This document shows positions 12,001-26,320 of a stretch of 64,000 nt of DNA, piece after piece (position 1 is the stretch's first letter; the number at the start of each line of letters is the position of its first letter). Source of the stretch: Paraphysomonas bandaiensis (Eukaryota; Protista; Chrysophyceae); assembly GCA_965644295.1 (NCBI GenBank), contig CBFFRP010000430.1, forward strand, positions 62,001 through 126,000, given 5' to 3'. Made by a program: the position numbers and the translations under genes. The notes under the pieces are model-generated. The model was not told the DNA's origin. It did not search any database and worked only from the letters and a program-made list of their open reading frames with translations.

Positions 12001-13074
12001 ATATTCTAACCTACCTCATTTGGGAGTGTGTCCTGATCTACAATATCATCTAGACGGAAAAATAGATGATCCGCCCTGTCGCATGCCCGGATAAAACCGT
12101 AGTCACTTTTTATAGAGTCAATCACCCCCTGTTCCATTTTCACACCCGCGTCCGCAAACATTTTTATCTGCTCGGATATCATGCGGTCTCGCTTTGTTCT
12201 GTGCACAACAATGTCCTTCGCCCTTGCATATGCAGTGCCAGGAATCACGAAAAGGTCGAATTCCACCTCGTCACCTTTCATGACACGCTTTCCACTGCCC
12301 GCCCCTCCCCCACGCAAGTCCGTGTATAGAAAAGACGCCGTACGACTACTGTCCTTTCCTCCACTCTGACCCAGTTCATCAGATGTAGATAATGTGATAA
12401 CTCCCGGCGTGAACTTGTAGGGATCAGCCTCCCAACTAACAATTCCTTTACACCGAGTTCCTCCTCCCTCGCCCTCAGCTTGTCTCACATTTTCAACATC
12501 AACTCGACGAACACTAACAGCAGCAGGACCACGTTGCCCTTTCTTCGTCAAGAATTCCACTTCGTCACCCTCTGCTATATCGTATGGAGCTACATGCGGA
12601 TACATATCATTAATGCGCATAATTGGAAAGAGCTGTGCGTACCATCCCTCTCGTTGAAATACAAGTGCTCGTCTCCGATATAAGGCAATATAAATCCAAA
12701 AGACTCTTTCAGAGACAACACAAATCCATATGCCTTCTGCTTTGAGTTCTCCCGGTCTCTGACTGCTTCTCGTTCTCCACCTGCACCACCACCATATATA
12801 TATATCACCCATACAGTACTTACATAGTACATATATACATATATCTATACACACATATACATACATACACAGCAACCCCACAACACACATATACAGAGTC
12901 AATCCACAATCCACACACAATTAATCACCTCTGCCTTCATTGCGTCTTCTGTTGACTGGTTTTGATCTCGCATAAGAGTTTCCTGTAAATAAACACATCA
13001 AACACATACATATGACGATACAAACAAGAACACATACTTCCATTATCCTTGTTATCTCGACAATCTTGAGACAT
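9051..13074 (-). CDS. Multi-cold-shock-domain RNA-binding protein (CSDE1/UNR-like) with an R3H-like insert; multi-exon, start approximate
   Basis: Repeated CSD motifs (KESFGFI, KSDYGFIRACDRADHLFF, ESRGYGFI, GDEVEF) across ORFs 12590-12832, 12006-12920, 11338-11949, 11003-11341, 9329-10999; C-terminal MAQ/GPPEDAATGF resembles SUZ-C; stop TAG at 9051-9053. Confidence 0.8.
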
Positions 13075-13932
13075 GTGCCTGGAAGCACTCTTGGAACCAA
13101 CTGCACCTCGCATATGTATCAATATTAATAATGATGACTGTGACTTAAAGTATAGTGTATCGTATAAACAAATTGGCTTATATGTATAGAAATGAAGACA
13201 ATTTATACGATATATTCTATTGGTTAATAATTTCACTTCGTTTGACTTCACTATTTCAATGGGTTTGTTATCTGCACCTCATATAGAAACACTGTACAAT
13301 GCAGATGCATAGACATACATGCATACATTGTACTGCGGTACATCCAACTATCAGCGTCAGATTGTGTATATATAAGTATACTGCTGTAGGATAATGATCG
13401 ATATATGTGCTGCTCCTACTGTCATGTCGTGTGGGTGCATAGCATCCAACAATACCTGTATATACAAGTATACACCAGTATACAGTCCACTGGTACGTTA
13501 TATTAGGCAGTATGCCATACAGAGTGATGTACCTCTCTATAGGTACGTATATACACACATATTGTACATACATACACACTTACAGCAGTATATACACGCA
13601 GCAGTACACATAGCAGTACATGCAGCAGTACATACATATATATACATACATACAGACAATGATGGAACTGACATATACATACATCCATCTCTATGATACT
13701 TAACGATATAGTGTGGTAGAGTATATCACCTACCATAAGGAGCCCCTTCACCAACCCCTCCTTATACTCTTCACTCCTCCATATGCTCATATGCGGTGTT
13801 ACCTCTATATAACGCATACATACATACATATCTCTGTATAACCCTCTACACCCATATACACATACATACATACACAACCAGAGGACAATAGAGGCATAAA
13901 CACAACCCCATTACCCTCCACTAACCCCCCAT

Positions 13933-15592
13933 ATGAATACCACTCAAACACCAGTCCTCCCTCGTCTCCAATTAAGCCATAGCCGAGATGTGGTCCTCAG
14001 CTCTCATGCAGAGACAGCTAAAGAGGAGATCACACCTCGATGGATCCCCCATAAACTAGACCATCACACTGATATGAACCACTCTGATGATGTACAGGGG
14101 CATGAGTCTATAAAACAGTCAACGAATATCATTCGATCAACTCTTCCTAGCTCTAAAGCAGCCAGATCGCTTAGTTTTATGAACGTCTCCAGCAAGACAT
14201 CGACCAAACAATCCAAGGAGCACGATGTATTTGAGATCGATGAGCACTGGAAAACGCTTTCCGATAAGGTGGAAACGAAGGAGAAGAAGCAACATAAAGG
14301 CAATGTTCCAAGCAGGAGGAAACCTCTACTAATGCGCGCCTTTAAATGTATGTTCTTTCGTTCTCCGTCGACTTTGAGTGCCGATCGTCTACACGATATT
14401 TGTAAAACGGGCGATCTGCTACTACTACGCCAGGGTACTACTTTTGAGGGCACTATGCTTGCACCAGGGGTGGTTCGGGGTATCCGGAGTACACTTGACG
14501 GAAAGTATATGCCCAAAACCCGTCATCTCAATCTTTGGACTCATGTTGGGGTAGTGGTTTCCTTAGATCCTGTGGAAGCTCGTTGGGCAGAAAGTAGTAA
14601 AAGTGGTAGCAGCAAGAAACATGTGCAGGTGTATGAAGAGCGGGTGAAGTGTGTATTACTTGCGGACGACCGTGGAATCACAGTGACACCTCTTCGAGAC
14701 GTGCTCGCGGCAGCTGAGGCATCAGCGTTATCCGAGTCTTTCCCTGTTTGCGCCCTCCGTCCCTTGGCAGCATCTCCTATGGCTGCAAACACCTACTGTA
14801 CGTTTGCAGATGGCTTAGAGGAGCTCGCAGCGCTATGTGGAGCTAACAGCAGATGTCTTACCTGGGGAAATATAATTGATTCTGCTCCCGAAGATTCCTC
14901 GTCGAAGCAATCTTCCTGCTTTGTAAATAAAAAGCTTATTACTTTTGGCACTCTCTTTCTTAATCGTATAAGCGCTGCTTCATTTCGACCATCGGAAGAA
15001 AATATGGCGGAAGCAGCACGCCTATTTAATATGATTTACGTGAGCCAGGAAAGTAGTCATTCCGACTGCGAAAGAAAGGTACCCACTGGAGCACTGAGGT
15101 CAAACATGGAGACCTTACTAAAGCGAAGCGGAGGCATCGCTGATATGGAATCGAATGCAAGGCTGGAAGAGATGCAGAGACAGATGGACAGTGATTGTGA
15201 TGGCATGATATCACTGGTAGGCGATATCGTCTGTTCATGTTTGATGCAGTATTAACCTATTTTGTGTTGGATAGGATGAATTCCTGAGTGCATTTGCAGC
15301 TTTGCCAAGCTGCACTGTACCGATTGAATTTGACCTACCTGCTATTGCCACGGCTGAAATGGTAGCAACTTTGTATGTATCTCTTGGTGTGTTGCCGGAG
15401 GAATATCTTCAACCGAACGTGTATTTCCACCCTCAAAGTTTTTCGTCGTCATCTATTCAGAAGTTAAAGGCCGTCAAACCCTCCGGCGGATACGATACAA
15501 GTAGCAATTGTGTGATTTCGAAAGCGACGTTAAAAAGAAATGGAATATGGTTTAGTGACGATATTTTATTGAAAGCGAACAGAAACGTATAG
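13933..15592 (+). CDS. Permuted papain-like (YiiX/YebB/NlpC-P60-type) domain protein with inserted EF-hand; intron 15217-15274
   Basis: KTGDLLLLR and WTHVGVVV motifs; spliced EF loop MDSDCDGMISL/DEF; C-terminal ATAEMVATLY...HPQSF matches the CSELVA...PxDF segment. Confidence 0.6.
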
Positions 15593-16729
15593 TTGGATTA
15601 TGATTTTATAAATTGTGTTATTATGTATATACTTCGAAGGTAAAGTTAGGGCCAAAAGTGAGTAATTAATTATGCCTTGTAACAGTACAGATCCCTACGA
15701 TATTCGCAGTGACTTACATATATGTTGATTGAAAGAGAGTTGCAAAAAACACAATCCCTTATCCGCGATGCATTTTGATCAAACCAGTATCAAAGTTTGA
15801 CATTTTACACAAGTGCTAACTTCTTTACAACTGAAGGTAAAATTATACTCAATGCTGAGAATTATAAATTATGATCAATACCTCTTCTCATTCACCAATT
15901 TCATGTTATCGCTACTACCACTCAATTCATCTTACTTCCTCGTCACTCTATTCTGTTCCACTACTACCACCTACTATATACTTATCGTCATTTTATTAAT
16001 TATTAATTATCGTAATACAGTTAAGCACAATTTTATAACCACAATTTTATAACCACAATTTTATACTACTTGTAACGGTTATAATTTAAATACCTTATAG
16101 CTACAGCTTTAAATTGCTCTCAAATTGCAGTACTCAATTACCAATTCAGAATTCAGAAGAATCCAGGCATGAAAGTGTCACAAAAGAGGAATTACTTCTG
16201 TCGTGCAGAGTGCAGAAGTTGGAAGTTGTGTGCATTTTCGTAAAGTTCTTATTAGTAGTTCCAATTTTGGATGTATATATAAATATATATGTATATATTT
16301 ATATATTTCCAGTGTAATATTGAAGGAAGCATCAGGTTTCTAAAATGTGTGTCGCAAGGTAGAAATGAGTCTAGAGTCTACAATAGATGTATGTAAAATG
16401 TAGTATTATATGTCTTGGACACTTATGTTCCATTATTTATTGAAAAAAATTGAGGGTATTAGGTAATATATTCATTTAGTGCGAAGTATTTCTGACAGGT
16501 AGAGTATAAATGTAAAACAATATAAGATGATATATATATCAACGACCACCAAATTACTATTGCTCTATATTGTCGTAATATTCAGAAAACAAATAGTGTA
16601 CATAATATCAATATTTGAAATATATGTTACCTTATTTTCTCAACTTCTAACTTCTACTAAAAAACAAACACATTTGACAACCAGTGAAGCAGTATATAAA
16701 TGATAATGATAAGCTAGTACACACTGTAA

Positions 16730-19700
16730 TCATGAATATTGCACAGGAGTTGTCGGCAAACCATCTGATCCTGTCGGTGTTGGGGGGGCTGGAATAGAAA
16801 CGAAAGGACTGGACGGACGACTTGGCGGTCGCGATGATGGATCTATTTTCTTCAGTATCGAACCAACAACGCACAAGGAAAAACACTGTGTACGCATAAG
16901 CTGACTATTGAATGCGTGATCTAATGGAAACAGTGTGATGTCGGAGAGGCTGCGCCGCCTTTTATAACCCGAAAACATTGCCTCGTCGAACAGCACAACC
17001 AGCTCGTCATGGTCCACAGCGTACGTACAGCACTCCTCTGAGCCAACTAACATATCAGCAACGAAAAGTTTACATAGCCGAAGGACTTCGCGAACAGTAT
17101 CCCTCTCATCAGTGGAGCCCTGGTTGTAGCCCTTATGTCCATCGGAAAGTGTCACCTGAATATCATCACAACTGCAAAGACTGGGTCGCATGACATGTTC
17201 AAGAGCCTTAGCTAGTCTTCTACCAGCATAGAGAGCTTTTGCTAGGTCAGTCGTTATCTTACATGCATCCGAGTCGATATCGAGAATGATGACGTCAGCC
17301 GGTGTCGCGGCTGGGTCGAATAGCTCCCGCTGAATACCCACATAAAATGGAGTGGGGCACTGCAGTATGTCGTTATTGAATTGTTTAGGCAGGAGAGGGA
17401 CATATACATGGCTCCATCGCAACGGGGCAATTAAGCACTTAAGTAACTCTCCCATGGCCGTCAACACAGTCAGTTTCGAGGATATTACGGCTATTTTATG
17501 TTCCAGAATAAAAGCAATCAATATCGTCACAAAGTTTTTCGGAGTGAGAGTTCTCAGTATCATATTCATATTAAAGTCCTGCGCACCACCCCACCTCATA
17601 ACTGCAGGTACACGTAGAGAAGAATTGAAATGCGCATACGCATCTCGGAGTGCCTGCATCGAATCATCAACTCCATCATCAAAGCACTCAACGAGTGAGC
17701 GGACTTGAGAAACAACACTATCTTTATCATATTCCAGTGCCACTGCTCCGCCATCATTACAAGTAAACAAACCCTTATCAAGACTAATTTTGGAGGCTAG
17801 TTTCGTTAATGGAAGTCGCAATGCGTCAACACAGGGAACCCGGGTAAGAAGACACAGACCCTCGCTGACATGAAGTTCAGTGAAACGCATTGCAGTATTA
17901 CTTGTGGTATCTGGTAAATCTTCCGTAGTCTTGACATCATCTATGGCAGGAGGAGGGGTCGCACACTTCTCTTTCTCAGTCGACAGGGCGGAGGGACACT
18001 CCGCTATATTTGCCGGAGTTGGTAAATCATTACCCTGTACAACAACAGACTGATTCGTAGCTTCATTTGATTGACTTGATGAAGTGTCAGGAGGGAGGTC
18101 GCCTCGAGCACTCGATGCTGTATCCGATTGTACTGTGCTGTTTTCAGTATACTTTGCAAGAATTTTGTCAAGTTTCTTTGTGTCACTACGAAGGGAGCTT
18201 AGTTCTGTAGGTGGCACTTTATTATGAACTGGCGTAGTAGCCGCTGACACAGCACCACCAATGCTGGATATGCCCCCTTTGAATCTGTCAAGAAAGGGAC
18301 TGCTGTGGCTCTTAAGCGACGATTCAATGCCACTCGACATTTGCCCTATCCAATCACCATAGATACCTCCCGCGCGTCCCCCAGATTGCTTTGTTGCTGC
18401 AGTAGTTGTGCTCGCCTTAAGAGAGGAGCGGGTGGCCGTTGGGGCGTGTGGTGTTCTGGCCGCTGATATGGAGGGAGATGGAAGTGGCTTGAATGAAGAT
18501 TTAGGGGTATGCGGAGGAGGACGGTGAGCTCTGTGAATGGCCGCTGGAGGATGGGATGCGGGTGTGCTGGTACCGCGTGCCCCCCTGCCACTAAAGTGGC
18601 CAATATCAGAACTTATCCCTCCCTCTTTGGAGTCTACATCATTTGCGAGCAAGTGTACCGGTGGTTCAGGAACCATCACAGATACGGCACGATGAGTAGA
18701 CAAAGCGCATCCGTACATAAGGGCATTATCACGAGTGGTGAGAGCCAAATTAAACAATGAGGGTGAAGGCACGGCAGTGTGATCCTTACCCCCAGCGTTT
18801 TTAGTGGGACACTCGTATGCACAGCGACCACTGGGAACAACGAAGCTGACTATGCTGTCCGGAATGATATTGCTGCAATCCCACGATTTAAGCGTAGATT
18901 TCTTGTCTGCGGGAAGTGGTATGGTGGCCAAAACTTTTACCGACTCAAGGGGCGGGGAGGAAGTCGCAGCTGGTGTGTCTGAAGAGGATCCCGAGTTCAA
19001 AAGGCGGCCTCCCTCCGTCCCAAAAGCAAGTAACCACGCCATGGGCTCCTCTTGCAACATCTCCCGCTCCTCTTGAGCACCATCCAATACGTCAAGTGGA
19101 GCACGATGCATGGTGATTGTGCTAGGCAGAGTGGGGGCTAGCTTACGAATCAATCTTTGTACGGCCCCGTCAGGTACCTCCGCTCCAGTACCCCTTTCTG
19201 CGCCATTATCTGTGCCGTTTTGCCCCGGACTGCGCCCATTCATCATACGTCCGTAACTACGAGCTAGTTCTGCATCCTCCTCGAGGTCATCATCGTAGCT
19301 GGAAGGGGAGTCAGGGGAAACACCTGCATCATCCATACGTTTTCGTCTATTTTCCTCCTCGAGGTACTTCCGGTGCGCATCTAACTCCCACAGAAGAATC
19401 TCAAACTCATTACTAGCAAAAAACTTTGGGACGATCTCAGTTGAAAGCTCGCGCAGAATAGACGTACGCAAGGATCGGAGACACTGTCGCACCTCTGCAA
19501 TTATTTCAACATTTCTGTCCGAGGCTGACCTAGCCAGAGAGCGTAGGTGGTCGGACAAGGGAACAGACAGAGTAACTTCTCCTTGTAATCGGTCAAGATA
19601 GGACGCGCCGGAAGTGTGCCCAATTCCAAAGGATCCCTCTACAGCTGGTGAAGTCAATCTTGTAGAATGCTGCCAAAATATAAAATGTTACGGTGACTAG

Positions 19701-21096
19701 AAAGCATATACTGGAGCTTACCTGTACAGCTTCTGGAAGCAATTGAGCGAGTCTATTTAACATAGGTAGGTCCTCTACACCAGACCTGCCGTCCTGTAAT
19801 CCCAAAACTTCTACACACCCTGCAGCAGTCCGCAGCATGTCTTCAGTGGCCGGTACACCTCCTTCAATACTATCCTCAGGGCGCTGCCTGAGAAGGTTGA
19901 AGCAGTGGAGAATGCCATGCCTCTTGGCCTGGCAAAGGTGTAACAATAGAAATACAGATTTCTTGTCACAAGCCAAAAGCTCTTGCAAATGAATCCTCAC
20001 AAAAGGCGGAGAGTAACGCAGGTGCCCAATCATACGGGCGCCCATCATGCTGGAGCAAAAGTGTAGAAAACTACCATTCTTCATATCACGTTCCGCCCAA
20101 CGCTGTGCCTCTCTGTACAGCTCGTGCCGGGCATTCCCACCGCCACCCGCTAGGCCCGATGGAGTACCTGGAGCAGGAACCGGTGTACCAGAGCGCCCTC
20201 CTTGAGAACCCCATTCCCCTGTTCCCTCTTCAGCAGCAGCCAGCGCAATCAGCATGGCCGATCGAACCTCCTCCGGTGCGTGCAAAAGCAAGGAAAAATT
20301 AGAGTCTGGCCGGAAGAATTTCCTCAGAATCATATGTGCCTGATCCCTATAGTCCCCATCGGGAACATTCAGCTCATTTTCAACAAACTGCTCACATTCC
20401 AGCCATAGCATCAACTTTGCCTGTTCTTGTACAGCCTCCTCGATACCATACTTATCCACAATGAACTGCATGAACCACGGAAGCTGAACAATAGTTAAAC
20501 CAGAACGGTTACAAAGGAATGGGAAGTTGTACCTTACGAGGGTCACGGACAACGTCCAAAAATTCCAATTCCATATTAGCCCTTTCGAATTTGATTGTAA
20601 CCGGCCTCTTCGCCTTTTCTATAACCTTCGGTAGCTCGATCAATGACAGACCAGATACGTCATCTCCATTTATTTCAAGAATGAGGTCTCTGTATGGCAG
20701 TGTAAGTGTTATGAAAAGCGGATATATGCACGGTACCCTAGTTTAATATATCCACTCTGTTCCGCTGGTAAGGCTATATTTTCCGGAGGGCGATAAAAGC
20801 TATCCACATAAGCACCTGTTTATAAGAATAAGTTAACTATATGTCGGTGCATATGTATGTATAGTGTGTGTATGTTTATTTATCCGTATGTGTATATGTG
20901 TATCTAACTATATGCATATCTATGTATGTATATGTCTGTATGTATCTATATGTGTATGTATGTGTGTGTCTGCATATGTGTGTGTATGTATACCTTTACC
21001 ACTTCGAGTGGTCTGCAGGTTAATGCCGAGAGTCCCTGATCCAAAGGTGACCTCATAGGTATATGAGTGCAACAATGAAGGGTTCTTTCCTTTCAT
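16730..21096 (-). CDS. PDZ + RGS-like + DENN domain protein (putative Rab GEF); multi-exon
   Basis: N-terminal YEVTFGSGTLGINL...IKLGD/LILEING (PDZ); LMLWLECEQF...ILRKFF and EIVPKFFASNEF (RGS-like); FVVPSG, LEHKIAVISS, PLRWSHVYVPLLP, CPTPFYVGI (DENN). Confidence 0.78.
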
Positions 21097-21741
21097 TTGA
21101 TGGTAGTGATGGATGTGTAGATAGAGAGTTCGATGGGTATATATATATATATATGTATGTATATAACGAGAGGGTTATATATACGCTATCAACACACGAG
21201 ATACTAATCACACACTATCTCCAACCATACTCATTGTCCCTGCACTGTACTGCAATCAGTACAGTGTTTGTGTGTTTAAAAACATGGATAGCAATAGAAT
21301 TATAACAACAAGATGATGATAGTGCTATACATACATATGGATGTACTGCTGTATGTATATATGTATATATGTATCTGCAGAGAGTGCAGTTCTTATTAGT
21401 GTGCACTTCGAGTGTATGTAGGTACAGCAGTACATACATACATACATACGTACACCAGTACATACATACACCAGTACAGCAGTACAAAACTACAACCACA
21501 TACACACTCCACTACCTCATCCTCTAAAACTGAAAACATACTGTTGACGATTAAAGATATCTCTCTTGTCAATGGCTTCACTGTGTTGTTTCTCTCCGCA
21601 TATTTGCTGTCGTATGGTATGTATGTATACACACACGTGCTATATATACACTCCATCTACTGACTCTTGTTCCTCTCATTAATTGCCAGGTTCTCTTAAT
21701 TCGTGGTTACTAATCATTAATTTAAAGTTACGAGGTTGAAA

Positions 21742-22253
21742 ATGCCAGCATCTAATTCTAACAGAGTACGTATACATACCAATCTGTATTAGCAGTCCTT
21801 GTAATCCATATATATATATATAGCCTGTGAGACTTCATGTCAAGGGAACCATTCTTGGTTTCAAGAGGTAAGCATGCTTATCATTATAATCTCATATTAA
21901 ATCTATTATCTTACATATGATAATGTATACAGAGGAAGAAGGAACACATACCATCACACCAATCTCTTAAAGATTGAGGGATGCAACGACAAGGAGGCTG
22001 TTGACTTCTACCTCGGTAAGAAGGTTGCATACATCTACAGAGCCCAGGCTGCCAAGGCTGGCTCTAAATTCCGCGTCGTGTGGGGAAAGGTGACTCGTCC
22101 TCATGGTTCTAATGGCGTTGTTCGGGCCAAGTTTTCCACCAACCTCTCGGTAGGATAATTGTGCTGTTTGTTTTCTGTCATGTCTAACTTTTACTATAGC
22201 CTACTACCATTGGATCTCCGGTCCGCGTCATGTTGTACCCTAGCAGAGTTTAG
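21742..22253 (+). CDS. RPL35A: 60S ribosomal protein L35a (eL33), 4 exons
   Basis: Spliced: PVRLHVKGTILGFKR/GRRNTYHHTNLLKIEG...FYLGKKVAYIYRA...VWGKVTRPHGSNGVVRAKF...VRVMLYPSRV*; absent from the ORF track because of introns. Confidence 0.96.
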
Positions 22254-24688
22254 GTTTGCGGTACTATAAGAATGACAATGTAATAATGGCATTTTCCCTG
22301 GTATAGTCAATGCACAGCTGTTTACACTTTGCAGGCCACTTGGCATCAGTTATTGCTGACATCATTTGAGTAATAGTGCAACAGCATTGTATTAGCGAGG
22401 AACAAATGAATTTCTTTCACTTTCAGCCTCGCAGTTATGTTCCTTTGTACTATGCAGCTATATATAGCTTGGCATCTATAAGCAACCAACAACCATATTC
22501 CAACTTACATACGTACATCTATCGCACATTCAGTGTATTGTAGCTCTAAGTTATAGTGGTAGCATGTGAATAATAAATAACACACTACGGAGTGTCTTCA
22601 AGCACTTATCTATATATATTCACCCGCTTTCCGTTATTAATGTACAATTACAATGGGTAAGATGCTACACAAGTTACCGAGTGGTGTGTAGCAATCAAAG
22701 TAACAGTTTGTTACATTAAATTATCAAGCTCCTTCTAAGGAGCTGCTGTAATGGCTACTACACTCTACACTGTGCCTATTTTTTATCGTTTTTCTGAGCT
22801 TGCTTACTTACAAATTCTTGGGTAATTCGAGAGTACTATACGAGCAACAAGTAGTGTTGGGCCTGTTAATATATCTACGAATAAAGAGTTATCAAACTGA
22901 AGATATTATTTTATTTTTGGTCAACTTGTTGAGTAAACATAGTATTACACTAAATAATATAACACAATACGAAAATAACGGCTACGTGAATTTTAGATTC
23001 CTCACACCAAGTATCACACCAAGTACACGCCGTCTAATAGACCTCATCATTCGACATTTATAACTATCATGTTGCCACTTCTCAATTCAAAGTAGTACTT
23101 TCGAGTTTGAATCAAGCAATGCAGTCTAATCAATTTCGTATAATGAAAGAGGAAAGAGACAATGCAAGTTAAGAAATATACAAACATCAATAATTTTCTC
23201 CTTCTGTGAATCTTGCTACTTTTATACCTTTTGGTTGCCACTATACCTTCAAACTTCAAACTTCAAACCAGTTCGATGACAATGGTTGGCATCTGTTGTG
23301 TAGGTAATATTTGTCGACTGTCTGGTGTATGTATTGTAAAATTCGTATCAAGTATAAACTGACTCGTAAGTAGAATGCAATACGTGTATTCTCTGCTTTA
23401 ACATGTTATTTTAGTATCCATGCAAAGATAGATAGTAAAGTAAAAGGGAAATAATATTCAACCTAGTCTTATTGGTTGAACCATCCAGTCATACTAATTT
23501 CGGTGTACATGTCTAGACAAAGTAATAAATGGTTTAACCTAGTCTATTTTGGTGTTAAATCTACTCGTTCTTATATATATTGATTACACATTGAGACTGT
23601 CTAAGATACAATATATTAGTGACTTGCAGAGCATCAAAGCAAACATTCAAACAGAACAATGAACTCATATATACATATTACTTAACACAGTGTATGTGTA
23701 TATATATCCAGTATATCTACAAAGTTTATTAGTATATAGCAATGGGTCCCTTGTCAGTGTTATGGGGAAGAGAAGTGCTCATCAATGTTGGTGTGACTAG
23801 GAAATTACAGCATGCTGACATGGTCAAAAAATAGATCTCAAAGTCAGTGATACAAACATAATAAGATAAGATAGAATGATAAAACTCTTGTAAACTGAAT
23901 ATAGTCAAGAAGTGATTGTATAGAAGTGATATAGAATGCATTTATATTCATCGAGTTTGTCAAATGCATGTGTAGCTGATATTTGCAGTGAGAACCAACC
24001 ATATATATATGTATATGCGGACAGACCATTGCACTTCTTTGCAGGTACTCAAGCATGGGCACTAGATTATCACTAACAGAGATGTATAGAGTTACTCAGA
24101 GGCAATAGATATGCATATTTGAATGTTCTTTGCATGTACAGTAGCCATCAGCTGGATTGATATCTTAAGATACTGTCTGTGTTCAGATATCTCCAATTTT
24201 ACGAGATAAAATCAGCTCTTTTCAACATCAAAACCTGGATTTTTATTGTACCTCTCGTCCTGCTGTATGCACAGTGTGCAGTTTTCAATACATTAACAGT
24301 AAAATTGACTATAAAAATATGAAGTTTTCAATATAAATTATACCGATTTTCACAAAAAAAAACATATATTCTAGTCAGGACTGGAATGATACGCGTATTA
24401 TCATATCTACAAAGTACACACTATAGAGAGATGTCCATGCATCATATTTTGTCGGGAATAAATTGAAGTAAAAATCATCTATATTACTGCAATACAACTA
24501 CAGCTGGAATACAGATAATTGTTATCTCAATAATAGAGGCATCTTTGAACAAAAATATACAAAGGATTCCAATACGACTGCTCTACATATTCATATATAC
24601 ACATATACAAGTGTGTAAAGGATATATAGTCAGGTCATTTCCAGTACATCACACATCTCGTGCCATATTCTCTCATCACATCCCACAC

Positions 24689-25748
24689 ATGACATACTTA
24701 TATTCCCTATGCCTTAAACTAGTTCTAACCCTGTATATCCTCGTCATTGTTGATAGTGCAGGCTCCCCTAATCCCTCTGTGGTTATAAAGTCACGTACAT
24801 CTCCTCCTTTCTATATATATACATATCCCCCTGAAGCAGATCTTGTTAGTAAAGATATTACCTTATCTGGTTTCTGGAGTAAGTCAATGTCAATGCTTTT
24901 AACTGCTGTGATCAGTCAGTTTACTGCGGATTCATCGTGTAATGTCATTGATATTGGATCCAATATAGGTAACACACTGTAATATAACGAATCATATCTA
25001 CTTTAATTCGTATCTATTTGAAGGATGGTTTTCACTATTAGCAGCATCTAAAGAATGTAATGCAATTGCAATTGAGGCATCCCCTGTCAATACATATGCC
25101 ATTAGCAGGAGTATTCTCAAAAATAATTATGCTAATAAGATTGAATTACATAATGCTGCCCTTTCAGTAGAATTAGGAGGATCTGTGTGCCTTAAAAATG
25201 TCCATGGTCCACCTGGAAGAGTTGGAGATCTTGTCTTGACGGCAAATAACTTCCACCATGGCCGTGATGGACAGAAATGCAAGGGCAGTGGAGTTGTCGA
25301 AGTTGTTCCTCTGGATGCCCTTACTCCGGGCTCGGCGGGCGGTGTGACTGTCCTTAAGGCAGCATGTGGAGGCTGCGAACCGCGTGCTATTCTTGGTGCG
25401 CGCTCCATGTTTTCTGGCCCATCCCCACCGTGCTTCCTAATGCTGGAATGGAATCACGCAAGTACTGTGGATCTTGAGGGCGCAGCAGATGCGGACAAAT
25501 CTCTGGTGGATGCAGGAAAGGTACTGGAAGATGCTGGCTACAAATTTTTCCACCCACGTTATCACGCCAACGCATCGCGGGTAGATATAGTTTCAGCTGA
25601 CTCGAAGGATAGTGGTTTTTGGACACGTTCTTTTCATTTACTTGGCATACATCCATCTGAGAGATGTTTCCCACCTACAGATGGAGAAGAATCTGCAAAA
25701 TGGAATCTGATAAAGAAACGCCTTTCTGAAGGCAGCGTTGTACTGTAG
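24689..25748 (+). CDS. FkbM-family SAM-dependent methyltransferase with signal peptide/anchor; intron 24969-25023
   Basis: Spliced motif I VIDIGSNI/GWFSLLAA, AIEASPVN, VVPLD...GGCEPRAILGA; hydrophobic N-terminus. Confidence 0.78.
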
Positions 25749-26013
25749 TGTTGACCGTTTTTTCTTTTAGTTAGTGATAGCCGAATGTTTGGGATTATAA
25801 ATGATGTTATTTTGGGCGACAATATCCTTAAAGTAAGTTTATACTCATTAATTCGTCAAGAACGCTATCATCAGTAAGCATTTATGTTGCCCATTGGCTT
25901 CTAGATCTTTTGTCAAAACATATTTTTCCAAATATTTACAGAACTTTAACTGGTAATATATACATACGAGAAATAAATTTCATATATTGTACACCCCGTG
26001 AAGTTCGTGCTTT

Positions 26014-26320
26014 TATTGAACTACAACCAACTCCTACGTGCGTACTTGAAGTTTGGTAAAGTCAATCGCTAGTAGTTATCCTGTATTCTATGTAGCAATG
26101 AAATACAGAATATACATGACTACAGTATAGGAGTAGCTATTACAAGTATACAAAGAAACTGAAAATATAGTAGCTGTTAAAGATATGATTTGTAGAACAG
26201 AATGTTGATGTTGGTGAATGACGTGGTTCCTAACTCACAGGGCTACAACATCATAAACTTACTATATCTCCTATAATATCAATCAGTCAATATTGCACTA
26301 ACTAAAAGCGTAAATTAATA
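26014..26320 (+). repeat. 5' LTR of Copia copy 2
   Basis: TATTGAACTAC...GTAAATTAATA, 307 bp. Confidence 0.97.

Noticed and set aside
22300-24500. 2.2-kb AT-rich stretch with small ORFs
   Set aside because: No motif, repeat structure or RNA gene I can support
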